DNA of 64,000 bases, taken from contig JAUWZP010000001.1 in the NCBI GenBank assembly GCA_030615265.1, forward strand, positions 6,225 through 70,224. Reading direction: 5' to 3'. The notes below the pieces were generated by a model. It was not told the origin of the DNA. It worked only from the letters and a program-made list of their open reading frames with translations, and searched no databases. Position numbers and translations under genes: made by a program. Positions 1 through 9,687 of this stretch are shown one piece after another; the stretch's first letter is position 1, and the number at the start of each line of letters is the position of its first letter. The DNA comes from Candidatus Bathyarchaeota archaeon (GTDB lineage Archaea > Thermoproteota > Bathyarchaeia > Bathyarchaeales > Bathyarchaeaceae).

Positions 1-105
1 ACTCCATCTCATGGGCATCCAAATCTCCAGCGACATGGATGGGAAGCCAATCTGTTCCATAAAATCCTGAACCGCACACGCGAAAGATACAACTAAATTC
101 GCCAT
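1..105 (-). CDS. hypothetical protein, first 35 codons only (gene runs off left edge)
   Basis: ATG at 105..103 opens a frame (MANLVVSFACAVQDFMEQIGFPSMSLEIWMPMRWS) that stays open to position 1. No recognisable motif. Confidence 0.2.
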   Translation of the reverse strand, partial: MANLVVSFACAVQDFMEQIGFPSMSLEIWMPMRWS

Positions 106-206
106 AATCACCGATCCTTAATGGTAAAGCTTAAGACATGCAATGCTGAATTCTTTCTACAAACTTAGATCGTTGAATGCACGGAACATGTTGGGAGACA
201 TAAGGC

Positions 207-2309
207 TTGAACAAAAAGTCCTTAAAGATAACAAAAGCCACAGCGTTAATCTTACTTGTTTGTATCTTTGTTTTAAGTTCGCTACAAACCCCCAAAGTAA
301 CAGCTGATGTGACGATTTCAATTGACCCCACAAGTGGAGAGGTTGGAGAAATCATAGAAATTAATGCCACAATCGACACTGAAAACGGGTTCTATATTGT
401 TACATGGGATAACACGTTAAACCTAACGGAAGGGTATGCCGTGGGAGACACTGTGCAAACCTCGTTCACTGTTCCATTAACAGCTGGAGCCCTAGGAGGA
501 CGCAACATTACTGTAACATTAATCGACAACACAACTAGAAATAATGCAACAGCCACTTTCAAACTATACCCCGAGTATCACATTAAAGCAGTTGCACCGC
601 CATCTCCACTTCAACTGCAGGAAGGAGCAAATACAACCCTACGCGTGAATATAACCGGAGGCGAACTAAACCACAGTTATGTCGCAAACATCACCGTTAA
701 AGACCCTGAAAACAACAACTACACGTATCTACCAACGTTAATAACAAACGCTACAGGCTATGGAGAAAAAAACATAACGTATCCCACAGACTTCACTGTT
801 GCAGCGCACACAAATTACACAGGCAGATACGCAATTACCTTCAATGAAACTCTTGCCGCAAGCGAATTTTCGGTGGGCTTAACAAACGCAACACAATATG
901 ACCTATTCCAAACAGTGAATATACGAGCAGCAAACTACACGTACTCGGCGGAACACGCATGGGTAAACATAACGTACAATGGAGAAACCATATTTTTCGA
1001 AAACGTCTCAGCGACAAACGGCCTGATCGAAGCCAACTGGACAATTCCAGTAAATGCATCTATTGGCACCTACACAGTAACAGTAACAAACTCAACAACA
1101 CCGGGCACCGTTAAACCAGTGAATGACACCCAACAGTTCGAAGTAAAAAAACCTGTCTTCGCAGTTCAAGTAAAAGCAGAAAATTTAAACCACGAGCCCG
1201 TGTCCAACATCCTGGTCGAAGCACACAATGCAACAGCAAAAGTAGAATCAAAATCTACAAACGCAACTGGCGTGGCGACATTTCTACTCGAAATGGCTAA
1301 CTACACGTTTAAGGTTCTCATGAACGAAGTGGAAGTTGGAGTCCTCCCTAATCAACGCATTATGGAAAACAAGTCTCTAACTATACCATGTCAACTTACC
1401 AACATCAAAATGCTTGTGACAGACCGAGCAGGTACTCCAGTGCCCTTTGTGGGTCTCGCTGTAAATTACAGCTATACGACAACAGCGAACGCGTCAAAAC
1501 AGGAAACATTAACATTTGCAACCAACTACACAGGAGTTTGGAAGCTTCGCAACATGTTCACAAATATCAGTTACGATATTGAGGCACGACGTTACGGTCT
1601 TGTTTTTAACCAAACTTCCATTGAGAATATGGCCACCTCCCCTTGGTTCAACATGACTATCACCGTTCCCACCTACACCGCATTGATCCATGTGACGGAC
1701 TCCAAAACCAGTTCAGCTGAAGGGGTCAAAGTTGAAGCTTATGAATGGAACGGCGGATCAACTCAATACACAACAACAGATTCCAACGGTGATGCCTCCT
1801 TCTCCCTAACCTTCGGGAAATATCGAATCAGAGCATACAAAGACGATATTCTTCTAAACGAAACAACAATAGATCTAATTCAAAACCAGTCTTCTTTCAT
1901 CCTTTATCTCGCCACTTTTAACGTAGACCTCAATATTGTAGTTCTCGACTATTTCGGCCAGCCACTCCCCAACGCGAGAGTAGATGTGATGAAAGTTGAG
2001 TATGAGACAACTGTAAAATCTGTAAATGGCACCACTGGTCCCAACGGCCGTGTCACTTTCAGCGGCATTCTTGGAGGCGATTCGCGAATATCGATCTACT
2101 TTGAGGGACAGTTAAGCGGGACTAAAGACCTCTATTTGACGGACTCGGAACAAGTCACGTTTCATTTAAGCAGATATGTGATCGTTGCAGGCTACGTTAT
2201 GGAGACCAGCCAGTTTGTAACGGCAAGTGCCTTAGTCATACTAATTGTCGCCTTTATTGTGGCGTTAACTTACAAGAGGCTGTTTAAGATTTTCTTGAAG
2301 AACAAATAA
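207..2309 (+). CDS. secreted, probably heavily N-glycosylated cell-surface protein (S-layer-like) with repeated beta-sandwich (CarboxypepD_reg-like) modules and a C-terminal TM anchor
   Basis: 700 aa ORF with TTG start and GGAGA about 10 nt upstream. N-terminal signal peptide (ALILLVCIFVLSSLQTPKVTA). About 35 N-x-S/T sequons by manual count. Four modules resemble the TDxNGxAxF...GxYxI pattern. C-terminal hydrophobic helix plus a basic tail (YKRLFKIFLKNK). Confidence 0.7.
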   Translation: MNKKSLKITKATALILLVCIFVLSSLQTPKVTADVTISIDPTSGEVGEIIEINATIDTENGFYIVTWDNTLNLTEGYAVGDTVQTSFTVPLTAGALGGRNITVTLIDNTTRNNATATFKLYPEYHIKAVAPPSPLQLQEGANTTLRVNITGGELNHSYVANITVKDPENNNYTYLPTLITNATGYGEKNITYPTDFTVAAHTNYTGRYAITFNETLAASEFSVGLTNATQYDLFQTVNIRAANYTYSAEHAWVNITYNGETIFFENVSATNGLIEANWTIPVNASIGTYTVTVTNSTTPGTVKPVNDTQQFEVKKPVFAVQVKAENLNHEPVSNILVEAHNATAKVESKSTNATGVATFLLEMANYTFKVLMNEVEVGVLPNQRIMENKSLTIPCQLTNIKMLVTDRAGTPVPFVGLAVNYSYTTTANASKQETLTFATNYTGVWKLRNMFTNISYDIEARRYGLVFNQTSIENMATSPWFNMTITVPTYTALIHVTDSKTSSAEGVKVEAYEWNGGSTQYTTTDSNGDASFSLTFGKYRIRAYKDDILLNETTIDLIQNQSSFILYLATFNVDLNIVVLDYFGQPLPNARVDVMKVEYETTVKSVNGTTGPNGRVTFSGILGGDSRISIYFEGQLSGTKDLYLTDSEQVTFHLSRYVIVAGYVMETSQFVTASALVILIVAFIVALTYKRLFKIFLKNK

Positions 2310-2418
2310 TCACCCAGCGTCAAGAAAGGTTTATAATAAACATCACATTTAGATTTACTTGACTGAGAACACAACTTATGAAAAATGGTCTATTTTCAAG
2401 AAGAATGTTGTGTAAATT

Positions 2419-2706
2419 TTGGCTGAAGCAAAACATTGCTCAACAGAATGTAAATTGTTTCGATGCGCCAAAAATGCTCTAATGTACCGCGGAAACACTG
2501 TCTGGTGTAGCTGGACAGAAGAAGAATGCCGAGTAGCCAACTGCAGCTATGCGACATGCATAAAGCGACGTCTGCTCCCAAAGGGCATCTGCGGGGAAAC
2601 TGTGAAACGAAGAACCACCGAAGTAGATCCTGAACAGGATTTGATTCCAACCGTAAAGCTCAGGGGAAAAGCTCTTCGAAGACTTGGTGAAAAGGAAATT
2701 TTCTAG
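2419..2706 (+). CDS. small Cys-rich hypothetical protein (8 Cys, probable metal-binding)
   Basis: 95 aa ORF with TTG start and no competing ORF of better quality. Regularly spaced Cys (CSTECKLFRC...C...CRVANCSYATC...C). Family not recognised. Confidence 0.4.
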   Translation: MAEAKHCSTECKLFRCAKNALMYRGNTVWCSWTEEECRVANCSYATCIKRRLLPKGICGETVKRRTTEVDPEQDLIPTVKLRGKALRRLGEKEIF

Positions 2707-2826
2707 CCCTTTACACAGCGCATAGAGAAACTGTTGCCATAAAAATAGCCCTGAGGAGGCAGTGGAGACGATAGTTTGCGTAATAGTCATATGTTAGCAG
2801 CGAAAATACTAAATGTGGTGTAAATC

Positions 2827-3117
2827 TTGTACGATGAAAAAGAGATTAGCCGAGTCTCGATCGTTTTTGCTGCTTTGAGCAATCCTACGAGGCTTAAAAT
2901 TCTTTCGATTATACGTGAAACTAAGAAACCCTTGCACATTAAGGCGGTAGCCAACACGTTGAAAATGGATTACGGAGCAGTCTATAGGCATGTCACTGTC
3001 TTGAAGAAGGCTAGCCTGCTCCAAATCTTCGAAGTGGGGCGTTCACGTGTTTTATCTCCGCTTTATATAGAGGCTGTGGAACAACTTGTTCAACAGGCAG
3101 GCATCGTGGCAAAATGA
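2827..3117 (+). CDS. ArsR/SmtB-family winged-helix transcriptional regulator
   Basis: FAALSNPTRLKILSIIRE...LHIKAVANTLKMDYGAVYRHVTVLKKASLL matches the ArsR HTH_20 pattern (xLxxPxRLxIL ... helix-turn-helix ... L). Confidence 0.8.
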   Translation: MYDEKEISRVSIVFAALSNPTRLKILSIIRETKKPLHIKAVANTLKMDYGAVYRHVTVLKKASLLQIFEVGRSRVLSPLYIEAVEQLVQQAGIVAK

Positions 3118-3202
3118 TTCGTCTAGATGAAACATTAATATGACATTTTGGACATAAAGAGTGACAAAAAATATAAAAATAATTTAGCATTTCCTTATTT
3201 CA

Positions 3203-3778
3203 GTGGTTCCTTTGAGTAAACTCTATGTCAAAAGGAAAAGCGTTTTTTGGGCTGGTACAGCGATTTTAGGAGCGGTTGTCTTTGTCTTAGACTGGACGTT
3301 CAAAATTGCAGGGTTGAAAATATGGTTTCCGCCACTTATCTTTTTAAAATTTGACTTTATGGGAATACCTATGTTACTTGCATATTTCTTGTTTGGTTTT
3401 CCTGCTGGCATCGTTACAAGCTTAGTTGCTTTTCTCAGCATATCGCTTCGAAATCAGTTCAGTGGATTTATGAAATTCTTCGCTGAATTTGCAACAATTG
3501 TCGGCGTATACATTGTTTTAAGGGCGCGGAAGCCCGCAAGCAATAAGTTGAAGATTCTAGCCGCGATTTCCAGCATAGTTGTACGGGTTGCAGTGATGGA
3601 CATAGCCAACGTGCTGTTGCTTCCGATTTTCTTGCCCGTTTTCTATTCTACTCACACAGCGGTCATTGTACTCTTGCCTTTGATTTCATTGTTTAACGTG
3701 ATTCAAGGCGGTATCAGCGTGTTTGGAGGCTTTCTCCTCTATGAAGCGGTGATCCGGCGACTACCGTCTCTCAAATAG
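3203..3778 (+). CDS. integral membrane protein, ECF-transporter S-component-like
   Basis: About 6 TM helices. KFDFMGIPMLLAYFLFGFPAG resembles the S-component hallmark (fdlsdiPvllaglllGpxxG). No A/T components nearby. Confidence 0.55.
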   Translation: MVPLSKLYVKRKSVFWAGTAILGAVVFVLDWTFKIAGLKIWFPPLIFLKFDFMGIPMLLAYFLFGFPAGIVTSLVAFLSISLRNQFSGFMKFFAEFATIVGVYIVLRARKPASNKLKILAAISSIVVRVAVMDIANVLLLPIFLPVFYSTHTAVIVLLPLISLFNVIQGGISVFGGFLLYEAVIRRLPSLK

Positions 3779-3804
3779 AATAAAAGTGCAATTCAATAAT
3801 CCGC

Positions 3805-3984
3805 TTATATAGTTTGTACGCGTTTCACTACGGGTGGGCGTATCTTCTTGAGAACTCGATAGCCACAATGGGTGCATTTAACTCCGCCGCCGCGTAACTC
3901 CAACTCTTTCAAAGCCACTGCTGCGCCACACTTTACACACTCATAAACCAAACCAAGTTCAAGCTTTTCAGTTTTCTCAGACAT
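3805..3984 (-). CDS. rpoP: DNA-directed RNA polymerase subunit P (Rpo12)
   Basis: 59 aa ORF, below the ORF-track cutoff and found by hand. Translation: MSEKTEKLELGLVYECVKCGAAVALKELELRGGGVKCTHCGYRVLKKIRPPVVKRVQTI. It has the Y-x-C-x2-C ... (R/K)C-x2-CG(Y)(R/K)(I/V)L-x-K-x-R zinc-ribbon pattern typical of archaeal RpoP/eukaryotic Rpb12. Confidence 0.85.
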   Translation of the reverse strand: MSEKTEKLELGLVYECVKCGAAVALKELELRGGGVKCTHCGYRVLKKIRPPVVKRVQTI

Positions 3985-4356
3985 TTACCTTCACCACAGT
4001 TTCGCTAAGCATATTTAACATTTAATATAAATGTTTCCAACGCGGGTAACACGGAACTAATGTGCGCGCAAAGTTTGATTCTGAATATTGATTCTGGGTT
4101 CATAATAAATTTTAATAAGAGACGTAAAGTCAAACCGCGTGTGCAGGGGCAAGGATGAAGGAAAATGGTGAACCCGCTTAGAATCTTTGATGTTTCTGGT
4201 TTTTACAATCCTGTAACTTTTTTCTATTTTTTCTTACGGGTTCTATTAAGAATTTTACTTCGAAGAAAAAATCGAGACAAAATTGCGCGCGCGTGTTTTC
4301 CAGTTGGAAAAGAATTTATGATTACACTAATTATAACGAAAGGGAGGGGGAAATAA

Positions 4357-5325
4357 ATGAAAGCGCTTGTTACAGGTGGATGTGGTTTTATAGGAAGTCA
4401 TCTTGCAAACTATCTTGAGGAAAAAGGACATCGTGTCAAGGTTGCAGATATAAAAACGATCTCGGAATGTTATCTTCCTCTAAAGGTTGACAAGATAATT
4501 CAAGCAGATTTGAGAAAGTTTAACGCTTGCGATTATGCGACTAGAGATGTCGACTGGGTTTTCAATCTGTCAGCCAATATGGGGGGAATAGGCTTCATAA
4601 CTAAGGTTGGAGCAGAAGTTATGCACGATAACGCTTTGATAAACGTGAATATGATGGAAGCATGTAGACAAAATGGTGTTAAGAGAATATTTTTTTCAAG
4701 TAGTGCTTGCATTTACCCCGCATACAGACAGACAACGCCTGAAGTTGAACCTTTAAAAGAAGAATATGCCGTTCCAGCACAACCAGACAGCTTCTATGGT
4801 TGGGAAAAACTTTTCACCGAACAACTGATGAAAGCTTACTCTCGAGATTATGGAGTTGATATACGAGTAGCGCGTTTTCATAACATCTATGGTCATCACG
4901 GAACTTACAAAGGCGGTAGGGAGAAGGCACCTGCATCTTTATGTAGAAAAGTTGCTGAAGTGACGGATGGTGGAGCGATAACTATTTGGGGAGATGGAAA
5001 GCAAACTCGAAGTTTCTTATATATTGATGACTCTCTTGATGCAATTTACAAACTCATGCAAAGCGATTGTACTGAACCATTAAACATTGGAAGTGATGAA
5101 CTCATAAGCATAGATGAACTTGCCGATTTAATAATTAAAATCAGTGGAAAGAAAATTAAGAAGCAATATGATTTAGCCAAACCTCAAGGAGTTCGAGGAA
5201 GAAATGCAGACCTCAACCTTATAAAAAGCGTGTTAAATTGGGAGCCTAAAACAACTTATCGTGAAGGGCTAACAAAAACATACAAGTGGATTGCAGAAAT
5301 GGTTAGGGAAGGACAAGAAAAATGA
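4357..5325 (+). CDS. NAD-dependent sugar-nucleotide epimerase, GDP-mannose 3,5-epimerase-like
   Basis: N-terminal VTGGCGFIGSH Rossmann motif. ARFHNIYGHHGTYKGGREKAPASLCRK closely resembles the GME signature (RFHNIYGPxGTWKGGREKAPAAFCRK). Confidence 0.8.
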   Translation: MKALVTGGCGFIGSHLANYLEEKGHRVKVADIKTISECYLPLKVDKIIQADLRKFNACDYATRDVDWVFNLSANMGGIGFITKVGAEVMHDNALINVNMMEACRQNGVKRIFFSSSACIYPAYRQTTPEVEPLKEEYAVPAQPDSFYGWEKLFTEQLMKAYSRDYGVDIRVARFHNIYGHHGTYKGGREKAPASLCRKVAEVTDGGAITIWGDGKQTRSFLYIDDSLDAIYKLMQSDCTEPLNIGSDELISIDELADLIIKISGKKIKKQYDLAKPQGVRGRNADLNLIKSVLNWEPKTTYREGLTKTYKWIAEMVREGQEK

Positions 5326-5618
5326 GTAAAATCCAATGGAGTCTAGTTTGTCCTATCAAAGACGAAGTTGACGTTTTGAAATTTAGTTTACCGAGCGTCT
5401 ATGCCTTACAGCCAGACGAGGTCATAATTCCAATAGAGCCAAATTCTGAAAGCATCGAGATGGTTAAGAGGATTGCGAGAAAATGCCGGTATCAGAAGAA
5501 GACAAGGATTATAGTGTTACGTGAAAAAACACCTGATTGGCGTTTTAGGCAAGCATACGCTAGGAGAAAGGGATTTCAAGTGGCGAGAAACGACCTAATT
5601 TGCGCGCGCGACAGGTGA
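5322..5618 (+). pseudogene. truncated N-terminal fragment of a GT-A glycosyltransferase, paralog of 6185..7147
   Basis: The 98 aa align with the N-terminus of the downstream GT (CPIKDEVDVL..LPSVYALQPDEVII...ARND vs VPVRDEVNLI..LPSYLALMPDELLL...ARND). The ORF stops just before the DxD-like GDID motif, exactly at a (GC)4 tract at 5602-5610. Confidence 0.55.
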
Positions 5619-5625
5619 ACAAAAA

Positions 5626-6213
5626 ATGAAAATAACTGAGAAATTGAAGAGAAAACTTGCTGTTTCATTTGCTATGCATGAAAAGCCTGTAAGCTTGTTC
5701 CTTAAGACGATTAAAGGACATGTTTTCGTTGATGTAGGTGCAAACTATGGATATTATTCAATGCTTCTTCATGGAAACTTCGAGAAAGTCTACGCTTTTG
5801 AGCCAATCCCATCAATTTTCAAGGAATTAAAGGGCAACTTAGAAAAGTTCGATAGTGTAGAGTGTGTTAGGAAAGCAGTTTCTAACGTTGATGGGCAATT
5901 AGTGGAACTTTCTTATCACAACAGTCATGGGTTTGCTGAAACTGTGACTTTAGCTTCGTTTTTGCCTAACACGGACATTGACTTGATAAAGGTTGATGCA
6001 GAAGGTGGAGAATGGAGAGTTTTGGAAGGTGCAGAACTAATACTTGAGAGGATAAAGTCTTGGGTTGTTGAATTACATAACCCAAGTAGGAAGGAAGAAT
6101 TAGAGAATTGGTTTGTTTCTCGTGGCTACTCTGTTCGCTGGTTGGATTTTGCGTTTAGAGGTTCACAAACTGCTAATCATATTCATGCATGGAGAGATTC
6201 AAGTGAAGTTTAG
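5626..6213 (+). CDS. FkbM-family SAM-dependent methyltransferase
   Basis: VFVDVGANYGYYS (SAM-binding glycine loop) and IDLIKVDAEGGEWRVLEGA are both FkbM hallmarks. Confidence 0.8.
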   Translation: MKITEKLKRKLAVSFAMHEKPVSLFLKTIKGHVFVDVGANYGYYSMLLHGNFEKVYAFEPIPSIFKELKGNLEKFDSVECVRKAVSNVDGQLVELSYHNSHGFAETVTLASFLPNTDIDLIKVDAEGGEWRVLEGAELILERIKSWVVELHNPSRKEELENWFVSRGYSVRWLDFAFRGSQTANHIHAWRDSSEV

Positions 6214-7147
6214 CGTTGTAGTTCCAGTGCGGGACGAAGTGAATCTTATTCCGAAAACGTTGCCGTCTTATTTGGCTCTTATGCCTGATGAGTTGCTACT
6301 TTGCCTAGACAAACCAGCACCAGAAGATATGTTAGAAATCAGAGAAAAAGTTTCACGGCAATGCAAAGCAGAAAACATAGTGAAAGTTTTACAAGTACCG
6401 AAAGGAGAGTGGGGAGACCAACAAATGAAAGCAAGGCGCACAGCGTTTTTGGAAGCCAGAAATGACCGAATATTAACTGGTGACATAGATTTAATTGTGA
6501 ATCGAAACGTGTTAAAGGCTATTGCTCTAGTAGGCAAAAACGATATTGGCATGGCATCTTGTAGTAAACTACGCCTTCCTCACAACTTGATTGGAATCTA
6601 CCGGTTGCTTGGAGAATTCTTTCTAAAAAAGTGTGTGCACCCTGTAACAAACCTTGCTGGCAAATCTATGGCTGCAACTGGATTTACAGGATTGTATGCT
6701 TTGTGGCGACCATTCTGGTTGGTTGCTGAGCCCTTAGATGAAGCAAGACAATACTCGATGGTTAAACGAAAAATAAGAGACGGCAAACAGCTAACACTTG
6801 GAGATTTTATACAAACGGGGGAAGACGGTTTCTTACGAGATCACATGATAAAAAAATACAAAGTTATCTACTTGTCTGATATTGGTGCTACCGTATTGTC
6901 AGACCCTCTGGAAGACCAACCACTCATTCAATACACAACAGGTATATACTTCGCAATGAGTGGACGAAACTGGCTGGCAACACTTGGAAGGACCTTCTTT
7001 CGCCAGCAACCATATTATTTTGTCGGTTACATGTACGGAAAAAGGCTAAAGAAAGTGGCGATTGACATTCAAAACATAAAGATAGAACTTGACCGTGAAA
7101 AATTTGGTTATGGTAAATGGAGAGCCGGTGGGACGCCTGTTGATTGA
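6185..7147 (+). CDS. GT-A fold (family 2-like) glycosyltransferase
   Basis: FSVVVPVRDE start of a GT-A domain and a GDID (DxD-like) motif. I prefer ATG 6185 or GTG 6203 to the ORF-track start 6113, which lies inside the upstream FkbM gene. Confidence 0.6.
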   Translation: MHGEIQVKFSVVVPVRDEVNLIPKTLPSYLALMPDELLLCLDKPAPEDMLEIREKVSRQCKAENIVKVLQVPKGEWGDQQMKARRTAFLEARNDRILTGDIDLIVNRNVLKAIALVGKNDIGMASCSKLRLPHNLIGIYRLLGEFFLKKCVHPVTNLAGKSMAATGFTGLYALWRPFWLVAEPLDEARQYSMVKRKIRDGKQLTLGDFIQTGEDGFLRDHMIKKYKVIYLSDIGATVLSDPLEDQPLIQYTTGIYFAMSGRNWLATLGRTFFRQQPYYFVGYMYGKRLKKVAIDIQNIKIELDREKFGYGKWRAGGTPVD

Positions 7148-7268
7148 TGGAACAGAAATCTTAATCCACCTCAAAGGGATGCCAACTCCCTTTAACAATA
7201 AGATATTTTCTTGGTCACATTTTTGGAAAGAAGCTAAGGAGGAGAGAACTTAATTGAATTGGAAAGGC

Positions 7269-8228
7269 ATGTCTGTTTTGGTGACTGGCGGAGCAGGTTT
7301 TATTGGCAGTCATTTGGTAGATGCGTTAATTAACAGAGGTGCCCATGTAAAAGTTGTAGATAATCTTATTCGAGGAAAACTTTCTAACATTGCATACTGT
7401 CGTGACAAAATAGAATTTGTGGAAGAGGACTTGACAAAAAGATCAGTTGCATACGAAGCAACAAGAAATATAGACGTATGTTTTCATTTGGCAGCAACAG
7501 TTGGTGGTGTGCAATTCATGGCTTCTCATCCTGCAGAAATTTTCAAGTCAGTTTGTATTGACCATAATGTAATAGATGCTTGCTGGAAAACGGGTGTCGA
7601 AAGGCTACTTTATACGTCATCTGCATGCGTTTATCCAGTAAGTCTTCAAAAGCACGTCAGTCAACGACCTCTCAAAGAAGAGGATGCTTACAGCGTCGAA
7701 CCAGACACTGACTATGGTTGGGTGAAAATGCTGGGAGAAATTCAATGTCGTGCTTATCATAGAGCTTATAGAATGAAAATTGCAATGGTCAGGCCATTCA
7801 ATCCCTATGGAGAAAGAGAAAGTTTTGATCCAGATGATAGTCATGTAATTCCAGCGTTAATTCGAAAGGCTGTAAATCGAGAAAATCCCTTTGTTGTGTG
7901 GGGAGATGGCACGCAAACTAGATCATTCGAGTATGTTGGAGACGTTGTTGAAGGAATGATTTTGGCGGTAGAAAAAACTGTTAACGCAGATCCCATAAAT
8001 CTTGGAAGCTCAGGCATAAGCATTCGTGAGTTGGCGGAGTTAATTTTGAAGCTGACAGGGCATGAAATTCCAATCCAGTGGGATACATCGAAGCCTGTAG
8101 GAGTTAAAAGTAGAAAGGCAGATGTTTCTAAAGCAAAGAAACTTTTAGGATGGGATGCAAAAACACCGTTGGAAAAAGGTTTAAAAAAGATAATTAAGTG
8201 GTATAAAGAAACATGTCAGAAATCTTAA
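7269..8228 (+). CDS. NAD-dependent epimerase/dehydratase (UDP-sugar 4-epimerase / decarboxylase-like SDR)
   Basis: MSVLVTGGAGFIGSHLVDAL Rossmann motif, SSACVYP and a YGWVK (YxxxK) catalytic motif. ATG 7269 preferred over TTG 7254. Confidence 0.85.
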   Translation: MSVLVTGGAGFIGSHLVDALINRGAHVKVVDNLIRGKLSNIAYCRDKIEFVEEDLTKRSVAYEATRNIDVCFHLAATVGGVQFMASHPAEIFKSVCIDHNVIDACWKTGVERLLYTSSACVYPVSLQKHVSQRPLKEEDAYSVEPDTDYGWVKMLGEIQCRAYHRAYRMKIAMVRPFNPYGERESFDPDDSHVIPALIRKAVNRENPFVVWGDGTQTRSFEYVGDVVEGMILAVEKTVNADPINLGSSGISIRELAELILKLTGHEIPIQWDTSKPVGVKSRKADVSKAKKLLGWDAKTPLEKGLKKIIKWYKETCQKS

Positions 8229-8384
8229 TGCGCCCAATATGGGACTGTTCAACATCGAAGTATAAGTCTAGTAGCTATGCGAAGGGATCTCACGGTTTTA
8301 ATGGACATTGGTGGAGACTTGCATTATGCATGCATATAATCCAGAATCTGAATTCGAGATTCATAAAGTTTAAGCCGTGAAAAT

Positions 8385-9284
8385 ATGAAGCAAAGATATG
8401 TATGTAGAATAAGTGGAGAAAAACTAACTTTGTCGCTATATTCCCTCCGTAGGGCAATGCGAGATAAATTATTGCTCAAGCTTGGGTTTCAATCGCTGTT
8501 TAGGGATAATGTCAGTTCATTCTATTTTCATGCTTTGAATCGCCAAACGAATCTAGCAGAGAGGAGATGTGGACCTCCATCTGTTAACTATTACGAATTT
8601 GGTGTTGGTTTGGGAGGCACTCTCATTAATTACATCAAAGCTTTAAGAAAGTTCTGCAAACGTTCAAAAAAGGAGCTTTATTCATACCATATATTCGCAT
8701 TTGATAGCTTTAATGGGTTACCGAAGAAGAAAAGTCCAAAAGATGACTATAAAGAGTGGTATGAAGGATGTTATTCACATAGTCTTTCTGAGATAAAGCA
8801 AAGGGTAATCAAACAAGGTATAGATTTAAGACAAGGAACTGTTCATCTCATCAAAGGTTTCTACGAGAAAACGTTAACGCCTGAACTTAGAAATGAACTA
8901 AAAGATTATCCACCTTCTATTGTTACCATAGATTGTGACTATTACAGTTCTACAAAGACTGTATTGGAATGGTTGAGACCGATATTGGTCAGTGGGACCC
9001 TTTTCTATTTTGATGACATCTGGAGTTTCCACGGAAATCCACACTACGGGGAATTAGCCGCAATTAATGAATTCAATAAGGCTGAAGAGGGACAATTAAC
9101 CCCAATTCCTCTTTTCGGATTGAGCAGTAAAATATTCATATATTCGAGAAGGGAATTTGAGTTCACGAGAGAGAATCAAGACGATAGAGAATTAAATGTT
9201 GAGATTGTAGACTCTAGTACTACTTCCCTTCAAAGAAAGAGCATATATGCGTCACCTTTGAATTGTCCACTTTTAAAATGTTAG
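8385..9284 (+). CDS. TylF/MycF-like (macrocin O-methyltransferase family) class I methyltransferase
   Basis: EFGVGLGGT, FAFDSFNGLP, LIKGFYEKTL and IVTIDCDYYSST resemble the TylF family (E.GV..G.s...fDsFeGlp ... G.f.dtlp ... DgDlYeST). Confidence 0.6.
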   Translation: MKQRYVCRISGEKLTLSLYSLRRAMRDKLLLKLGFQSLFRDNVSSFYFHALNRQTNLAERRCGPPSVNYYEFGVGLGGTLINYIKALRKFCKRSKKELYSYHIFAFDSFNGLPKKKSPKDDYKEWYEGCYSHSLSEIKQRVIKQGIDLRQGTVHLIKGFYEKTLTPELRNELKDYPPSIVTIDCDYYSSTKTVLEWLRPILVSGTLFYFDDIWSFHGNPHYGELAAINEFNKAEEGQLTPIPLFGLSSKIFIYSRREFEFTRENQDDRELNVEIVDSSTTSLQRKSIYASPLNCPLLKC

Positions 9285-9345
9285 GAACATGTTAGTATCA
9301 AACCTAACATTTCCCATTGTTTTATGTCTATAATCACTTCGCGGA

Positions 9346-9442
9346 CGTGTGTGAGAGAGTGAGAGTGGATATATGATGAAGGAAGAGGAAGGAGAGGGAA
9401 GTGGAGGTAGAGGGAAGTGTGTGTGTGGGTTAAATTATTAAT
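9346..9442 (+). repeat. C-free G/A/T low-complexity tract: (GT)n-flanked GA-rich polypurine block
   Basis: From about 9347 to 9442 the top strand has no C. Sequence: GTGTGTGAGAGAGTGAGAGTGG...GAAGGAAGAGGAAGGAGAGGGAAGTGGAGGTAGAGGGAAGTGTGTGTGTGGG. It lies in the 400-nt gap between the TylF-like gene and the GT4 gene. Confidence 0.85.
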
Positions 9443-9687
9443 GCAACTTGAGATGACATAATATGAAACAGCACATGAATACTTCTTGAATCTGGTGCTT
9501 AGGATGTCTCGTTGGGAAGATGTGTTATCTTTAGAAGATGAAGAATACGTTGTAGCAAGTTGGAGAGCAGTTCTTTCTAGGGACAGTGGACACATTCAGA
9601 ATAAGAGAAAGAGACACCCAAAACTTGTTTTGACTAACCGTAGGCTGGTATACCTTTGCAGAGAAAATTGTTGAAGGTAAGAGTAAA

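Noticed and set aside
4165-4356. 63-aa ORF upstream of the GME-like gene.
   Set aside because: It is Phe/Leu/Arg-rich low-complexity sequence spanning a (GC)4 tract in a promoter region, with no motif.
8227-8377. 49-aa ORF starting at the TAATG overlap with the epimerase stop (MRPIWDCSTSKYKSS…).
   Set aside because: No recognisable family and a biased composition. Apparent translational coupling alone is insufficient.
9486-9674. 62-aa ORF (…KLVLTNRRLVYL…) reminiscent of the GxLxLTNxRLxF strand of bacterial PH-like domains.
   Set aside because: Only one short motif-like string supports it. The TTG start is weak, and it sits in the odd intergenic region right after the C-free tract. Too weak to call.
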